Source of the DNA: Nitrospirae bacterium GWF2_44_13
GTDB taxonomy: Bacteria > Nitrospirota > Thermodesulfovibrionia > Thermodesulfovibrionales > UBA1546
Reading direction: 5' to 3'
Length of the DNA stretch: 64,000 nucleotides
Assembly (NCBI GenBank): GCA_001805105.1
Contig: MHEE01000017.1
Span: 24,131 to 88,130 of the forward strand
Of the stretch, positions 48,134 to 57,102 are shown one piece after another (the stretch's first letter is position 1; the number at the start of each line of letters is the position of its first letter). The notes below the pieces were generated by a model. The model was not told the origin of the DNA, ran no database searches, and was given only the letters and a program-made list of their open reading frames with translations. A program made the position numbers and the translations under genes.

Positions 48134-48552
48134 TCGTCTATCTGGACACGAGTTCTCTGGTAAAGCTGTATGTTGAAGAAGCAGGCTCGGCAATTGTCAG
48201 GGATGTAACCCAAAAAGCATCTGTTATTGCCACTTCAAAGATTGCATATGCCGAGGCAAGGGCTGCCTTTGCAAGAAAACAAAGAGATGACGGCTTCTCA
48301 ATAACTGCCCTGAGAAAAATTGTAGAGGATCTGAACAGAGATTGGGAAAGTTATTTTATCATTGAAGTAACAGACGGGATAATAAGGGCAGCCGGAGATA
48401 TTGCGGAGAAATATCTTCTGAGAGGCTTTGACTCCATTCATCTCGCATCCGCAGTCAACCTGAAAGGCAAGATTATGGGAGAAGTGTTTTTTTCAAGCAC
48501 TGACTCCAAGCTCAACCGCGCAGCGGGAAAAGAGGGGATAAAGGTTTTGTAA
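48130..48552 (+). CDS. vapC: PIN-domain toxin VapC
   Basis: 140 aa with the acidic PIN residues (YLDTS, E at about position 40, DSIHLA). Confidence 0.85.
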   Translation: MIVYLDTSSLVKLYVEEAGSAIVRDVTQKASVIATSKIAYAEARAAFARKQRDDGFSITALRKIVEDLNRDWESYFIIEVTDGIIRAAGDIAEKYLLRGFDSIHLASAVNLKGKIMGEVFFSSTDSKLNRAAGKEGIKVL

Positions 48553-48584
48553 CAGCTTATAGAGGATTTTCGGTAAAAATTCGC

Positions 48585-48652
48585 TTGACAGTACCCTCTC
48601 CCCTTCTTATAATTCATCAAAAAGCAGATGCAGTATAAAATGTAATGTTAGC
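48585..48652 (+). promoter_or_regulatory. Consensus sigma70 promoter plus conserved leader module (copy 2)
   Basis: TTGACA-17 nt-TATAAT, then TCATCAAAAAG...ATAAAATGTAATGTTAGC. Homologous to 29684-29752. Confidence 0.65.
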
Positions 48653-48677
48653 CATAAAATAATTTAAGGAGAGAATC

Positions 48678-49229
48678 ATGAAAAATTCGATTGGCAAAAA
48701 CAGGTTTCAGGCTGTGCCGAGTTCACGTGAATATGAAAGGTCAAAAAGTAAAACCTATGAGTGGGTTCCAAAGTATCAAATAATAGCTGCCTTTATCATT
48801 ATTTTTCAGTGCATGTATTTCGCAAGTATTACAGAAGGTTGGAAAGGATATTTACTTAACGTTGTAGCAATAGTGGTTTTATATTTTATAGTCTCAGGAA
48901 TATTCAAGCGGATTACAATGTACATTGAAGCAATGGATAAAGAAATTTCTAATCTTAGACATCAATTAACAGGGTTTGTTTGTGATACTTCGCTTGGTAG
49001 AGTCTCCGGAGCCGACTTAAAAAGAATTGCTGTAGCAGCAAATGATCTGCCATGGAGGACTAACCAAAATGATTTATCAAGAGATGATTTCAATTTAATT
49101 AGTCGTGCCTGGTTTTTTTGGAAGGACCAAAATGGCTTTAACTGGCAGGACGAGGCTGAATGTATTAACTGTGGTCAAGCACGTAAAGTGCATTCAAAAG
49201 AAGGAACTTGTCCAACTTCAACTGAATAA
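48678..49229 (+). CDS. Hypothetical membrane protein (2 predicted TM helices, Cys-containing C-terminal domain)
   Basis: 183-aa ORF with a good RBS (AAGGAGAG). Hydrophobic segments are IIAAFIIIFQCMYFASI and LLNVVAIVVLYFIVSGIF. I recognise no family. Confidence 0.6.
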   Translation: MKNSIGKNRFQAVPSSREYERSKSKTYEWVPKYQIIAAFIIIFQCMYFASITEGWKGYLLNVVAIVVLYFIVSGIFKRITMYIEAMDKEISNLRHQLTGFVCDTSLGRVSGADLKRIAVAANDLPWRTNQNDLSRDDFNLISRAWFFWKDQNGFNWQDEAECINCGQARKVHSKEGTCPTSTE

Positions 49230-49230
49230 T

Positions 49231-49288
49231 GGCTAACCAGGCGCTCCAGCCGACCGCTAATAGCGTCGGCTGACCTTCATCGTTCCTC
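49231..49288 (+). mobile_element. Integron attC-like recombination site
   Basis: GGCTAAC-CAGGC-GCTCCAGCCGACCGC-taata-GCGTCGGCTGACC-TTCAT-C-GTTCCTC. The stem has two bulged bases and starts 2 nt after the stop codon. Confidence 0.55.
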
Positions 49289-49378
49289 ATAATGAAAAAT
49301 CCAAAATGAAACCGGTCTGTCCGCATTTCACTTTTCATAACCCTTAACTCTCGCTCTAACAGATACACTCCCCTTGTA

Positions 49379-50425
49379 ATGTATAATAATCTTATGTTCA
49401 TCGCAGGGCTGACAGGCAATTACGGCATGGGAAAGAGCGCTGTGCTTTCTATGTTCAGAGAGCTTGGCGCTGTTACGATTGACGCTGATTGGATTGTTCA
49501 GCAGCTTCTAAAAGAAAAAGCTATCCTCAAAAAGATAAAAACACTTTTTGGCGCAGGAGTATTTGGTAAAAAAGGCACTCTTGACAAGAGCAAAATCGCT
49601 CAAAGGATTTTCAGGAATAAATCACTGCGGATTAAGCTTGAAAACCTTCTTCATCCATTAGTCTTTGAAAGGATTGACGATTTCTTTAGAAAAACTAAAA
49701 ACGGAAAGAAGGTTTTTATCGTAGAAGCTCCTTTGATATTTGAGAGGGGATACGAAAGCAGGTTTGATAAGATGATTGCTGTATTCACCAAAGAAATCAC
49801 CGCAATTAACAGGCTGTCCATGCACGGCATATCGCCAAAGGAGGTAGTTGAAAGGCTCAAATGCCAGCTTCCGATAAAGGAAAAGATAAAGAGGTCGGAT
49901 TATAAGATGGATAACAGCGGGCTTCCTGAAAAGACAAGAAAACATGTTACGGCTGTTTACAAAGAGCTCTTAAAAGAGGCAAAAACTAAAAATCTTATTC
50001 TTGAAGGCAGGGTGGACAGGGCTGCAAAAATCCTCGGAAAGCCTTTTTCAGTAGAAGGGACAGTCATTAAAGGCGCCGGAAGGGGAGAAAAGTTCCTTCA
50101 TACTCCGACTGCAAATATTTCATTTAAAGGCTATTCTCCCAAAGAAGGAGTTTATGCCGTCAAAGTCTCCTATTCACCCATTCACCTATTCACCCATTCA
50201 CCATTATATAAAGGCGTTGCAAATATTGGAAAAAATCCTACCTTCGGCGAAATGCCCCTTAGCCTTGAGGTTCATATCTTCAATTTCTCAGGGAATCTTC
50301 TCGGCAAAAAACTTAAGGTGCGCTTCATAAAGCATATCCGTGATGAGAAAAAGTTTCCAAATATAAAGGCGCTGGAAGCGCAAATAAAGAAAGACATTAA
50401 AAAGGCAAAAGCAATACTGAAATGA
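49379..50425 (+). CDS. coaE: Dephospho-CoA kinase fused to a riboflavin kinase domain
   Basis: The N-terminal ~195 aa are CoaE-like (GLTGNYGMGKS...HPLV...EAPLIFE). The C-terminal ~150 aa are the RibF C-terminal kinase domain (GTVIKGAGRGEKFLHTPTAN...EVHIFNFSGNLLGKKLKVRFIKHIRDEKKF). Confidence 0.8.
   Translation: MYNNLMFIAGLTGNYGMGKSAVLSMFRELGAVTIDADWIVQQLLKEKAILKKIKTLFGAGVFGKKGTLDKSKIAQRIFRNKSLRIKLENLLHPLVFERIDDFFRKTKNGKKVFIVEAPLIFERGYESRFDKMIAVFTKEITAINRLSMHGISPKEVVERLKCQLPIKEKIKRSDYKMDNSGLPEKTRKHVTAVYKELLKEAKTKNLILEGRVDRAAKILGKPFSVEGTVIKGAGRGEKFLHTPTANISFKGYSPKEGVYAVKVSYSPIHLFTHSPLYKGVANIGKNPTFGEMPLSLEVHIFNFSGNLLGKKLKVRFIKHIRDEKKFPNIKALEAQIKKDIKKAKAILK
50172..50203. repeat. Octamer array ATTCACCN x4 inside the riboflavin kinase domain
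   Basis: attcaccc attcacct attcaccc attcacca, read as SPIHLFTHSP. Confidence 0.9.
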
Positions 50426-51660
50426 AAAAGCCTGAACTTTTAGCGCCTGCCGGAGATTTTGAGAAACTCAGAACAGCCATTCACTATGGAGCCGATGCAG
50501 TCTATCTTGGCGATTCAAGGTTCAGTCTCAGAGGCAAGGCAGGTAATTTTGAACCCGAAGAATTGAAAGAAGCAATAAGCTATGCTCACACCAGAAATAA
50601 AAAAGCTTATGTCACAGTAAACATCTTCCCTCACAATGCGGACTTAAAAGAGATGGAAGAATACATAGCGTTTCTTAAAGATGCAAAGCCTGATGCAGTG
50701 ATACTGTCTGACCCCGGATTTTTCATGATGTTCAAAAAAAGCGCTCCTGAGATTGCAATCCATGTAAGCACACAGGCAAATATTACAAACAGCGAATCAG
50801 CAAGATTCTGGGAAACCCTCGGCGCAAAGAGGCTTGTGCTTTCAAGAGAACTCATGATAGATGAGCTTAAGGATATCCGCTCTAAGGTAAAAATCGAACT
50901 GGAGGTCTTTGTTCACGGCTCTATCTGTATTTCGTATTCTGGGAGATGTTATATAAGCAGTTTTCTTACTTCAAGGAGTGCTAATAGGGGCGAATGCACG
51001 AATTCGTGCAGGTGGAACTATACCCTCATGGAAGAAAAAAGGCAGGGAGAGCATTTCCCTGTATTTGAGGATGACAGGGGAACTTATGTCATGAGTTCAA
51101 AAGACCTCTGCATGATTGAGCATCTGCATCTTCTGAAAGATGCCGGTATAGACAGCTTCAAGATTGAAGGAAGGATGAAGGGGATAAACTATGTTGCAGG
51201 TGTCGTGAAGACTTACAGGGAGGCGATAGATTCCCTTGGAAACGGGAAATACGCTGTTAATCCGAGGTGGTTAAAAGAGCTTTCAATGTTCTCAAGCAGG
51301 GGCTATACAACAGGGATGTTCTTCGGCAAGCAGCCGGACAGCGATTATAATTTTGACGGAGAATCATACCGGATGAGCCATGAGCTTGTCGGGATTATTC
51401 TTGCGATTAAGGACGGGATTGCAAAGGTTGAGCTGAGAAACAGGCTTGATAAGGGAGATTCAATTGAATATCTTTCGCCGGGGCTTGAAGAGAAACTGTT
51501 TGCCCTTGAATCAATAAAAGATGCTGATGGAATGGATATTACAACTGCGAGAAATGAGAATATTGTTTTTATGCCCGTGCCCGATAGAGTAAGGGCAGGG
51601 GATTTAATAAGAAGAGAGAAGAATTTCAGGCTAAAACCGGATATAAAAAGGATTGTTTGA
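50422..51660 (+). CDS. Peptidase U32 family protein
   Basis: 412 aa. N-terminus KPELLAPAGDFEKLRTAIHYGADAVYLG and the E-x-F-x-H-G-S-x-C motif (EVFVHGSICISYSGRC). Confidence 0.85.
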   Translation: MKKPELLAPAGDFEKLRTAIHYGADAVYLGDSRFSLRGKAGNFEPEELKEAISYAHTRNKKAYVTVNIFPHNADLKEMEEYIAFLKDAKPDAVILSDPGFFMMFKKSAPEIAIHVSTQANITNSESARFWETLGAKRLVLSRELMIDELKDIRSKVKIELEVFVHGSICISYSGRCYISSFLTSRSANRGECTNSCRWNYTLMEEKRQGEHFPVFEDDRGTYVMSSKDLCMIEHLHLLKDAGIDSFKIEGRMKGINYVAGVVKTYREAIDSLGNGKYAVNPRWLKELSMFSSRGYTTGMFFGKQPDSDYNFDGESYRMSHELVGIILAIKDGIAKVELRNRLDKGDSIEYLSPGLEEKLFALESIKDADGMDITTARNENIVFMPVPDRVRAGDLIRREKNFRLKPDIKRIV

Positions 51661-51778
51661 GCGGCATCAGAGTTTTTTCGGTAACAGTTCTTAGCGAAAT
51701 GAAGCGGCGTAAGCCCCGACTGTTTGAGTTCCTAAATTTTTTGGAACGAGTTTCGGGGATGTAGCGCATAAGCATAGA

Positions 51779-53722
51779 CTAAGGGTCAATCGCAATTTTT
51801 ACATTCAAACATTTGTAGCTGCCGAGAAGCTCCAGAAAGCTCTTTACGGAAAAATGCAAATTCTTCTTTGACACAGCCTTAAAAAGCAGGGAATATTCCT
51901 TTCCCCCCTTTTTGGTTGGCGTGACTGAAGGCCCAAGAACCTCTAAAGCCTTATTGCCTGAAAGTATCTCCCTGATTGCCTTTTCTGTCCTGACTGCATC
52001 GCAATCTCTGCCATTAAAAGTTATTAATGCCAGCTTTGAAAATGGAGGATATAACATTTCTTTTCTCTTTTCTAATTCTTCATCGCAGAAGGAAGCATAG
52101 TCATAGTTTTTAAGATGCCTGAAGATATAGCTCTGCGGCATCCTTGTCTGAATGAAAAGCAAACCGCCGGGTTTTATCTTGTCGGTAATGCCGTACATCT
52201 CATGGAAGGTCCTTTCAGCAGAGCGGAAGTCAGGCTGATTCAGATAGCTGTCAGCATTCAGCACTGCCGCCATCCCTAACTTTTCTGAACTGTGCAGCCT
52301 TTTTGTAAGAAGCTTGGTCCCGAGTATTATGGGTTTGCCTTCTGTTATATCAGAGAGGTCTTCAGGAATGCGTTTTCTTTTAAGCATGTTGCTGTCAATT
52401 CTCAGCGGCTCAATATCGAACACTTTTTTAATATTTTCTTCCACCCGTTCTATGCCGGAGCCCGCTGGTTCAAGAGAAAAGCTTCCGCATCTTCTGCACT
52501 TCTCAGGAGAACCGGCTATCGCCCCGCAATAGTGGCACCGCAGAGACTTGTCATCCTTATAGAACATAAGCGGAATGCTGCACTTGCTGCATGTCTCGGT
52601 GCTGCCGCATTCCTTGCATGTGAGCATGGAATAGCCTTTCCTGTTTATCACAAACATTATTTTCTCGTTCTTCCTGATAGACGACAGCGCTTCATTTATA
52701 ACTGTCTTTGAAAGATTAGGGGCTGGCTGGCGTTCATTCCTCATGTTAAGTATTCTTATCTTCGGGCGCTGGGAATATGCGTCAGGCCTGATAAGCGTGT
52801 ATTTACTCCGTTTTGAATTATAAACGGATTCTATTGAAGGGCAGACGGATGACAATACAACCGCTGCTTTTTCAAGATAGCCCCGCATGACAGCAATATC
52901 CCTTGCGTTGAATCTCAGCCCTTCTTCTGTCCTGTATGAACTGCTGTGCTCATGCATAACCGAAATCAGAGATACATTTTTCAGAGGCGCAAAGACTGCC
53001 ATCCTTGTGCCAAGCACTACATTGCACTGCCCTGAAATAATTTTTTCCATAGCCTCTGAGCGCTGCCCCTTGCTTAACCCGCTGTGCAGCACGCACAACC
53101 TCTCCCCTGCTGTTTCTTTGATAAAAGGAAGGACATGGCTTATATGTACGATTTCGGGCACGAGAATTATCGCGTTTTTGCCCTGCGGCAGGATTTTTGC
53201 AACCATTGCGCTTTCGTATAAAGGATTTGGGGCATGAACAAGAAAGGTTTTATATTCTCTTTTAGAAAGCGCTTCTTTTATTTTGGCTAAGATGTTTTCG
53301 TCTATCTCAATTATCTCTTTACTCTCCTTGTCTTCGGTTTTCCCTTTGCTCCGCGCCTTTACTTTTTTGAATGTTTCCTGCGGCAGCATGTTCTTAAGAA
53401 CAATTCCTTTATTTGCGATGATATAATAATCAGCCATCCAGTTAAGGAGTTTCAACAATGGCGGTTCAAGCAAAGGCGATTCGCCGTGGATGTCGCTGAT
53501 GTTTTTTATGTTGTCCGATATTGGGGTTGAAGATTTGCTCTCCTCGGCGAGTCGCCCGGGGCGACCGAGGATTATTCCCTTTGTTATCTGTTTTTTCAGA
53601 GGCGCTGAAACAAGCATTCCGGGATGCGCTTTATCAATCAGATGCTCAGGGCATTTGTATGTCAGCGGGCCAAGATTAATAGGGAAAAGAACATCAACAA
53701 ATTCCATGTTGGATTTTAGCAT
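51779..53722 (-). CDS. priA: Primosomal protein N' (replication restart helicase PriA)
   Basis: 647 aa with an N-terminal 3'-DNA-binding domain, a helicase core and a Cys-rich zinc region (CKECGSTETCSKCSIPL...CHYCG). Confidence 0.9.
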   Translation of the reverse strand: MLKSNMEFVDVLFPINLGPLTYKCPEHLIDKAHPGMLVSAPLKKQITKGIILGRPGRLAEESKSSTPISDNIKNISDIHGESPLLEPPLLKLLNWMADYYIIANKGIVLKNMLPQETFKKVKARSKGKTEDKESKEIIEIDENILAKIKEALSKREYKTFLVHAPNPLYESAMVAKILPQGKNAIILVPEIVHISHVLPFIKETAGERLCVLHSGLSKGQRSEAMEKIISGQCNVVLGTRMAVFAPLKNVSLISVMHEHSSSYRTEEGLRFNARDIAVMRGYLEKAAVVLSSVCPSIESVYNSKRSKYTLIRPDAYSQRPKIRILNMRNERQPAPNLSKTVINEALSSIRKNEKIMFVINRKGYSMLTCKECGSTETCSKCSIPLMFYKDDKSLRCHYCGAIAGSPEKCRRCGSFSLEPAGSGIERVEENIKKVFDIEPLRIDSNMLKRKRIPEDLSDITEGKPIILGTKLLTKRLHSSEKLGMAAVLNADSYLNQPDFRSAERTFHEMYGITDKIKPGGLLFIQTRMPQSYIFRHLKNYDYASFCDEELEKRKEMLYPPFSKLALITFNGRDCDAVRTEKAIREILSGNKALEVLGPSVTPTKKGGKEYSLLFKAVSKKNLHFSVKSFLELLGSYKCLNVKIAIDP

Positions 53723-53783
53723 AGAAGAGACTCTGCTTTTTCATTTAAATTTTTTCCCAAATCATTTATAATTATCCAAGCGC

Positions 53784-54596
53784 ATGACAGCGATTGTTAT
53801 TATCCCTGCCCGTTACGATTCAACCCGTTTTCCGGGAAAGCCCCTTGCACCCCTAAATGGCAAACCTTTGATACGGCATGTTTATGAGAACTCAAAGAAA
53901 TCAAAACTTGCAGAAGATGTCATTGTTGCAACAGACAGCGATGCTATATTTAAAACCGTTATTGAATTCGGCGGCAAGGCTGTAATGACCTCAAAGGAAC
54001 ATGCATCAGGCACAGATCGCATAGCAGAGGTCGCCGCTTCTTTTGATTATGATATAATTGTCAATGTTCAGGGAGATGAACCTCTCATCAGAGCCGAGAT
54101 GATAGACGATGTCATCAGGCTGCTTGACGACAAAAGGGCGGCAATGGGAACCCTGATAAAAAAAATAGAAGACCCTGAAGAAATCTTTGACCCCAATGTT
54201 GTTAAGGCTGTTTTTGATAAAGAAGGCTTTGCAATGTATTTTTCAAGAGCGCCGATTCCGTTTGACAGAGACGAATTCAGGATACAGGATGCAGGATACA
54301 AGATACAGGATAAAGACAATCGTGCATCATGTATCATGTATCATGCATCAGATATTCAGACTTCCGGACTATTGATGTATAAGCATCTTGGCATTTACAG
54401 TTACAGGCGTGATGCGCTTTTAAATCTTGCAAAAATGGAACCCGTGGAATTAGAGAAGACAGAGAAACTTGAACAGCTTCGGGCGCTCGTAAATGGATTC
54501 CGCATAAAAGTAAAAGAAACGACTTACGAGACTGTGGGTGTTGATACACCGCAGGACTTAGAGAGGGTAAAGAAATGGCTAAGTTTATCTTCGTAA
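53784..54596 (+). CDS. kdsB: 3-deoxy-manno-octulosonate cytidylyltransferase
   Basis: [23 protein letters not shown] and YFSRAPIP motifs. At 270 aa it is about 24 aa longer than usual because of the repeat insert. Confidence 0.95.
   Translation: MTAIVIIPARYDSTRFPGKPLAPLNGKPLIRHVYENSKKSKLAEDVIVATDSDAIFKTVIEFGGKAVMTSKEHASGTDRIAEVAASFDYDIIVNVQGDEPLIRAEMIDDVIRLLDDKRAAMGTLIKKIEDPEEIFDPNVVKAVFDKEGFAMYFSRAPIPFDRDEFRIQDAGYKIQDKDNRASCIMYHASDIQTSGLLMYKHLGIYSYRRDALLNLAKMEPVELEKTEKLEQLRALVNGFRIKVKETTYETVGVDTPQDLERVKKWLSLSS
54279..54350 (+). repeat. Hairpin double-heptamer element inside kdsB
   Basis: aggatac aggatgc aggatac aagatac aggataa, a loop (agacaatcgt), then gcatcat gtatcat gtatcat gcatca. Translated in frame as [23 protein letters not shown]. 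Confidence 0.9.
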
Positions 54597-56263
54597 CAGG
54601 CGGAGTTGTATCGTCATTGGGAAAAGGCATTGCTGCCGCTGCAACAGGCGCCCTTCTTGAGGCAAGGGGGCTGAAAATCACAATCCAGAAACTGGACCCT
54701 TACATCAATGTTGACCCCGGCACGCTGAGCCCGTTTCAGCACGGAGAGGTCTTCGTAACAGATGACGGCGCGGAAACAGACCTGGACCTCGGGCATTACG
54801 AGAGATTCACTCATATAAGAACCTCTCAGGCAAATAATTATACGACAGGAAAGATATATTACAATGTCATAACAAAAGAAAGGCGCGGCGATTACCTCGG
54901 AGACACGGTTCAGGTTGTGCCTCATCTCACTGATGAGATAAAGCGAGCCATAAAATCCGTAAGCGATAATAATGATGTAGTCATAGTTGAGATAGGCGGC
55001 ACAATCGGCGATATCGAGAGCCTTCCGTTCCTTGAGGCAATAAGGCAGATGCGCTATGACGTAGGAAGAGAAAACGTTCTTTATATGCATCTTACGCTGG
55101 TGCCTTATATAAAGACAGCCGGCGAGCTTAAGACAAAGCCCACACAGCACAGTGTAAGGGAGCTGCGCGCAATAGGTATTCAGCCTGACCTGCTCTTATG
55201 CAGAACAGACAAGCCTATTACTCCTGAGGCAAAGAAAAAGATAGCAATCCACTGTAACCTTGAAGGCGACGCGGTTATCACGGCAATGGATGTGGATACA
55301 ATATACGAGGTGCCCATGGCGCTCAACGTAGAAGGGCTTGACCAGCAGATTATCAATAAGCTGAAACTCCCTGCAAAAGACGCTGACCTGATACAGTGGA
55401 AAGATATTGTAAGAAAATTAAAAGAGCCGAAGCATGAAGTAACTATCGCCATAGTCGGCAAATACGTAGGGCTTAAAGATTCGTACAAAAGCCTTACAGA
55501 AGCGCTGACACACGGCGGAATCGCAAATGATGCAAGGGTAAATCTACAGTGGATTGATTCAGAAGAGATTGAAGTCCATGGAGCAGATAAATATTTATCA
55601 GCAGCAGACGGCATCCTTGTGCCCGGTGGATTTGGTTACAGGGGGATTGAAGGCAAGATTGAGGCTGCAAAATATGCCCGTGAGAAAAAGATACCGTATT
55701 TTGGGATATGCCTTGGGATGCAGTGCGCTGTGATTGAGTATGCACGGAATGTATGCGGGCTTAACGCAAACAGCACAGAGTTTGACCTGAATGCAAAAGA
55801 CCCTGTAATTTATCTCATGGAGAGATGGTTTGATTTCAGGAAGGGCAAGATAGAGGAAAGGACTGATGTCTCTGAAAAGGGAGGCACGATGAGGCTTGGA
55901 GCATATCCCTGTGTCCTGGAAAGCAATACAAATGCATTCAAGGCTTACGGCATAAAGGAAATCTCAGAAAGGCACAGGCATAGGTATGAGTTCAACAATG
56001 CATATAAAGGAATACTCTCACGGCACGGGATGAAGATAAGCGGGACAAGCCCTGACGGAGAACTCGTGGAGATTATTGAAGTCGAAGGCCATCCTTGGTT
56101 TTTAGGCTGCCAGTTCCATCCTGAGTTTAAGTCAAGGCCTACGGATCCTCACCCGCTATTCAGAGAATTTATAGCTGCTTCTTTGAGGGAAAAACGCGCT
56201 CTGTTTCAGTATGACGAGAGCGAAGTAGAAATGAAAAAAAATAAAGAGGGAAAACGCTCTTAA
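54575..56263 (+). CDS. pyrG: CTP synthase
   Basis: [19 protein letters not shown]-terminus and a C-terminal glutamine amidotransferase (GICLGMQ, HRHRYE). Confidence 0.95.
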   Translation: MAKFIFVTGGVVSSLGKGIAAAATGALLEARGLKITIQKLDPYINVDPGTLSPFQHGEVFVTDDGAETDLDLGHYERFTHIRTSQANNYTTGKIYYNVITKERRGDYLGDTVQVVPHLTDEIKRAIKSVSDNNDVVIVEIGGTIGDIESLPFLEAIRQMRYDVGRENVLYMHLTLVPYIKTAGELKTKPTQHSVRELRAIGIQPDLLLCRTDKPITPEAKKKIAIHCNLEGDAVITAMDVDTIYEVPMALNVEGLDQQIINKLKLPAKDADLIQWKDIVRKLKEPKHEVTIAIVGKYVGLKDSYKSLTEALTHGGIANDARVNLQWIDSEEIEVHGADKYLSAADGILVPGGFGYRGIEGKIEAAKYAREKKIPYFGICLGMQCAVIEYARNVCGLNANSTEFDLNAKDPVIYLMERWFDFRKGKIEERTDVSEKGGTMRLGAYPCVLESNTNAFKAYGIKEISERHRHRYEFNNAYKGILSRHGMKISGTSPDGELVEIIEVEGHPWFLGCQFHPEFKSRPTDPHPLFREFIAASLREKRALFQYDESEVEMKKNKEGKRS

Positions 56264-57096
56264 TGGTTACGCTGACAAAAGAGGTGAATATAGCTGGTAT
56301 AAAGCTTGGGGGAAACAACCTTCCCCTGATAATTGCAGGGCCTTGCGTTATTGAGAATGAAGATGTAACGCTTCATACAGCCCAAAAACTGAAGGATATA
56401 TGCAGCAGCGCCGGGCTTTCCTTTGTATTTAAATGCTCCTATGACAAGGCAAACAGGACCTCAATAAAATCTTTCAGGGGCCCGGGAATTGAAAAAGGAT
56501 TAAGAATACTTTCAGACATAAAAAGCAGATTGAACATTCCTGTTATTTCCGATGTGCATTCTATTGCAGAAGTGAAAACTGCGTCAGAGGTTCTTGATGT
56601 CCTACAGATTCCAGCATTCCTGTGCAGGCAGACAGACCTGATTTCAGCGGCGGCAAAAACAGGAAAGCCTGTGAACATCAAAAAAGGCCAGTTCCTTGCT
56701 CCGTGGGATGTTAAAAACATAATAGAGAAATTCACAGCAGAGGGCAATCATAATTTATTCATTACAGAGAGGGGGGCATCTTTCGGATACAACAACCTTG
56801 TTGTTGATTTCAGGGCCTTTCCGATAATGCGTTCTTTCGGCTATCCTGTGATTTTTGATGTTACTCACAGCCTCCAGCTTCCCGGCGGACAGGGCGCTTC
56901 ATCAGGAGGCCAGAGGGAATTTGCAGAACCGTTGGCAAGGGCAGCAGTTGCCGTTGGTGTCGACGGCCTATTCTTTGAGGTTCATCCCGAGCCTGAGAAG
57001 GCATTATGCGACGGGCCGAATATGATAAAGCTGGATTCTTTTTTGAACCTGCTCAAAACCATTAAAACCCTGCATGGAATTGTTAAAGAGGCATAA
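56263..57096 (+). CDS. kdsA: 3-deoxy-8-phosphooctulonate synthase
   Basis: 277 aa. GPCVIE, KASFDKANRTS-like (KCSYDKANRTS), and FDVTHSLQLPGG. Confidence 0.95.
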   Translation: MVTLTKEVNIAGIKLGGNNLPLIIAGPCVIENEDVTLHTAQKLKDICSSAGLSFVFKCSYDKANRTSIKSFRGPGIEKGLRILSDIKSRLNIPVISDVHSIAEVKTASEVLDVLQIPAFLCRQTDLISAAAKTGKPVNIKKGQFLAPWDVKNIIEKFTAEGNHNLFITERGASFGYNNLVVDFRAFPIMRSFGYPVIFDVTHSLQLPGGQGASSGGQREFAEPLARAAVAVGVDGLFFEVHPEPEKALCDGPNMIKLDSFLNLLKTIKTLHGIVKEA

Positions 57097-57102
57097 TAAA
57101 AA

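Noticed and set aside
51745-51775. CGGGGATGTAGCGCATAAGC considered as a tRNA fragment or an integrase att remnant
   Set aside because: It resembles a tRNA 5' end, but no D-arm or anticodon-arm pairing follows. The same core recurs next to a different context at 33505-33528. A REP-like repeat is the better explanation.
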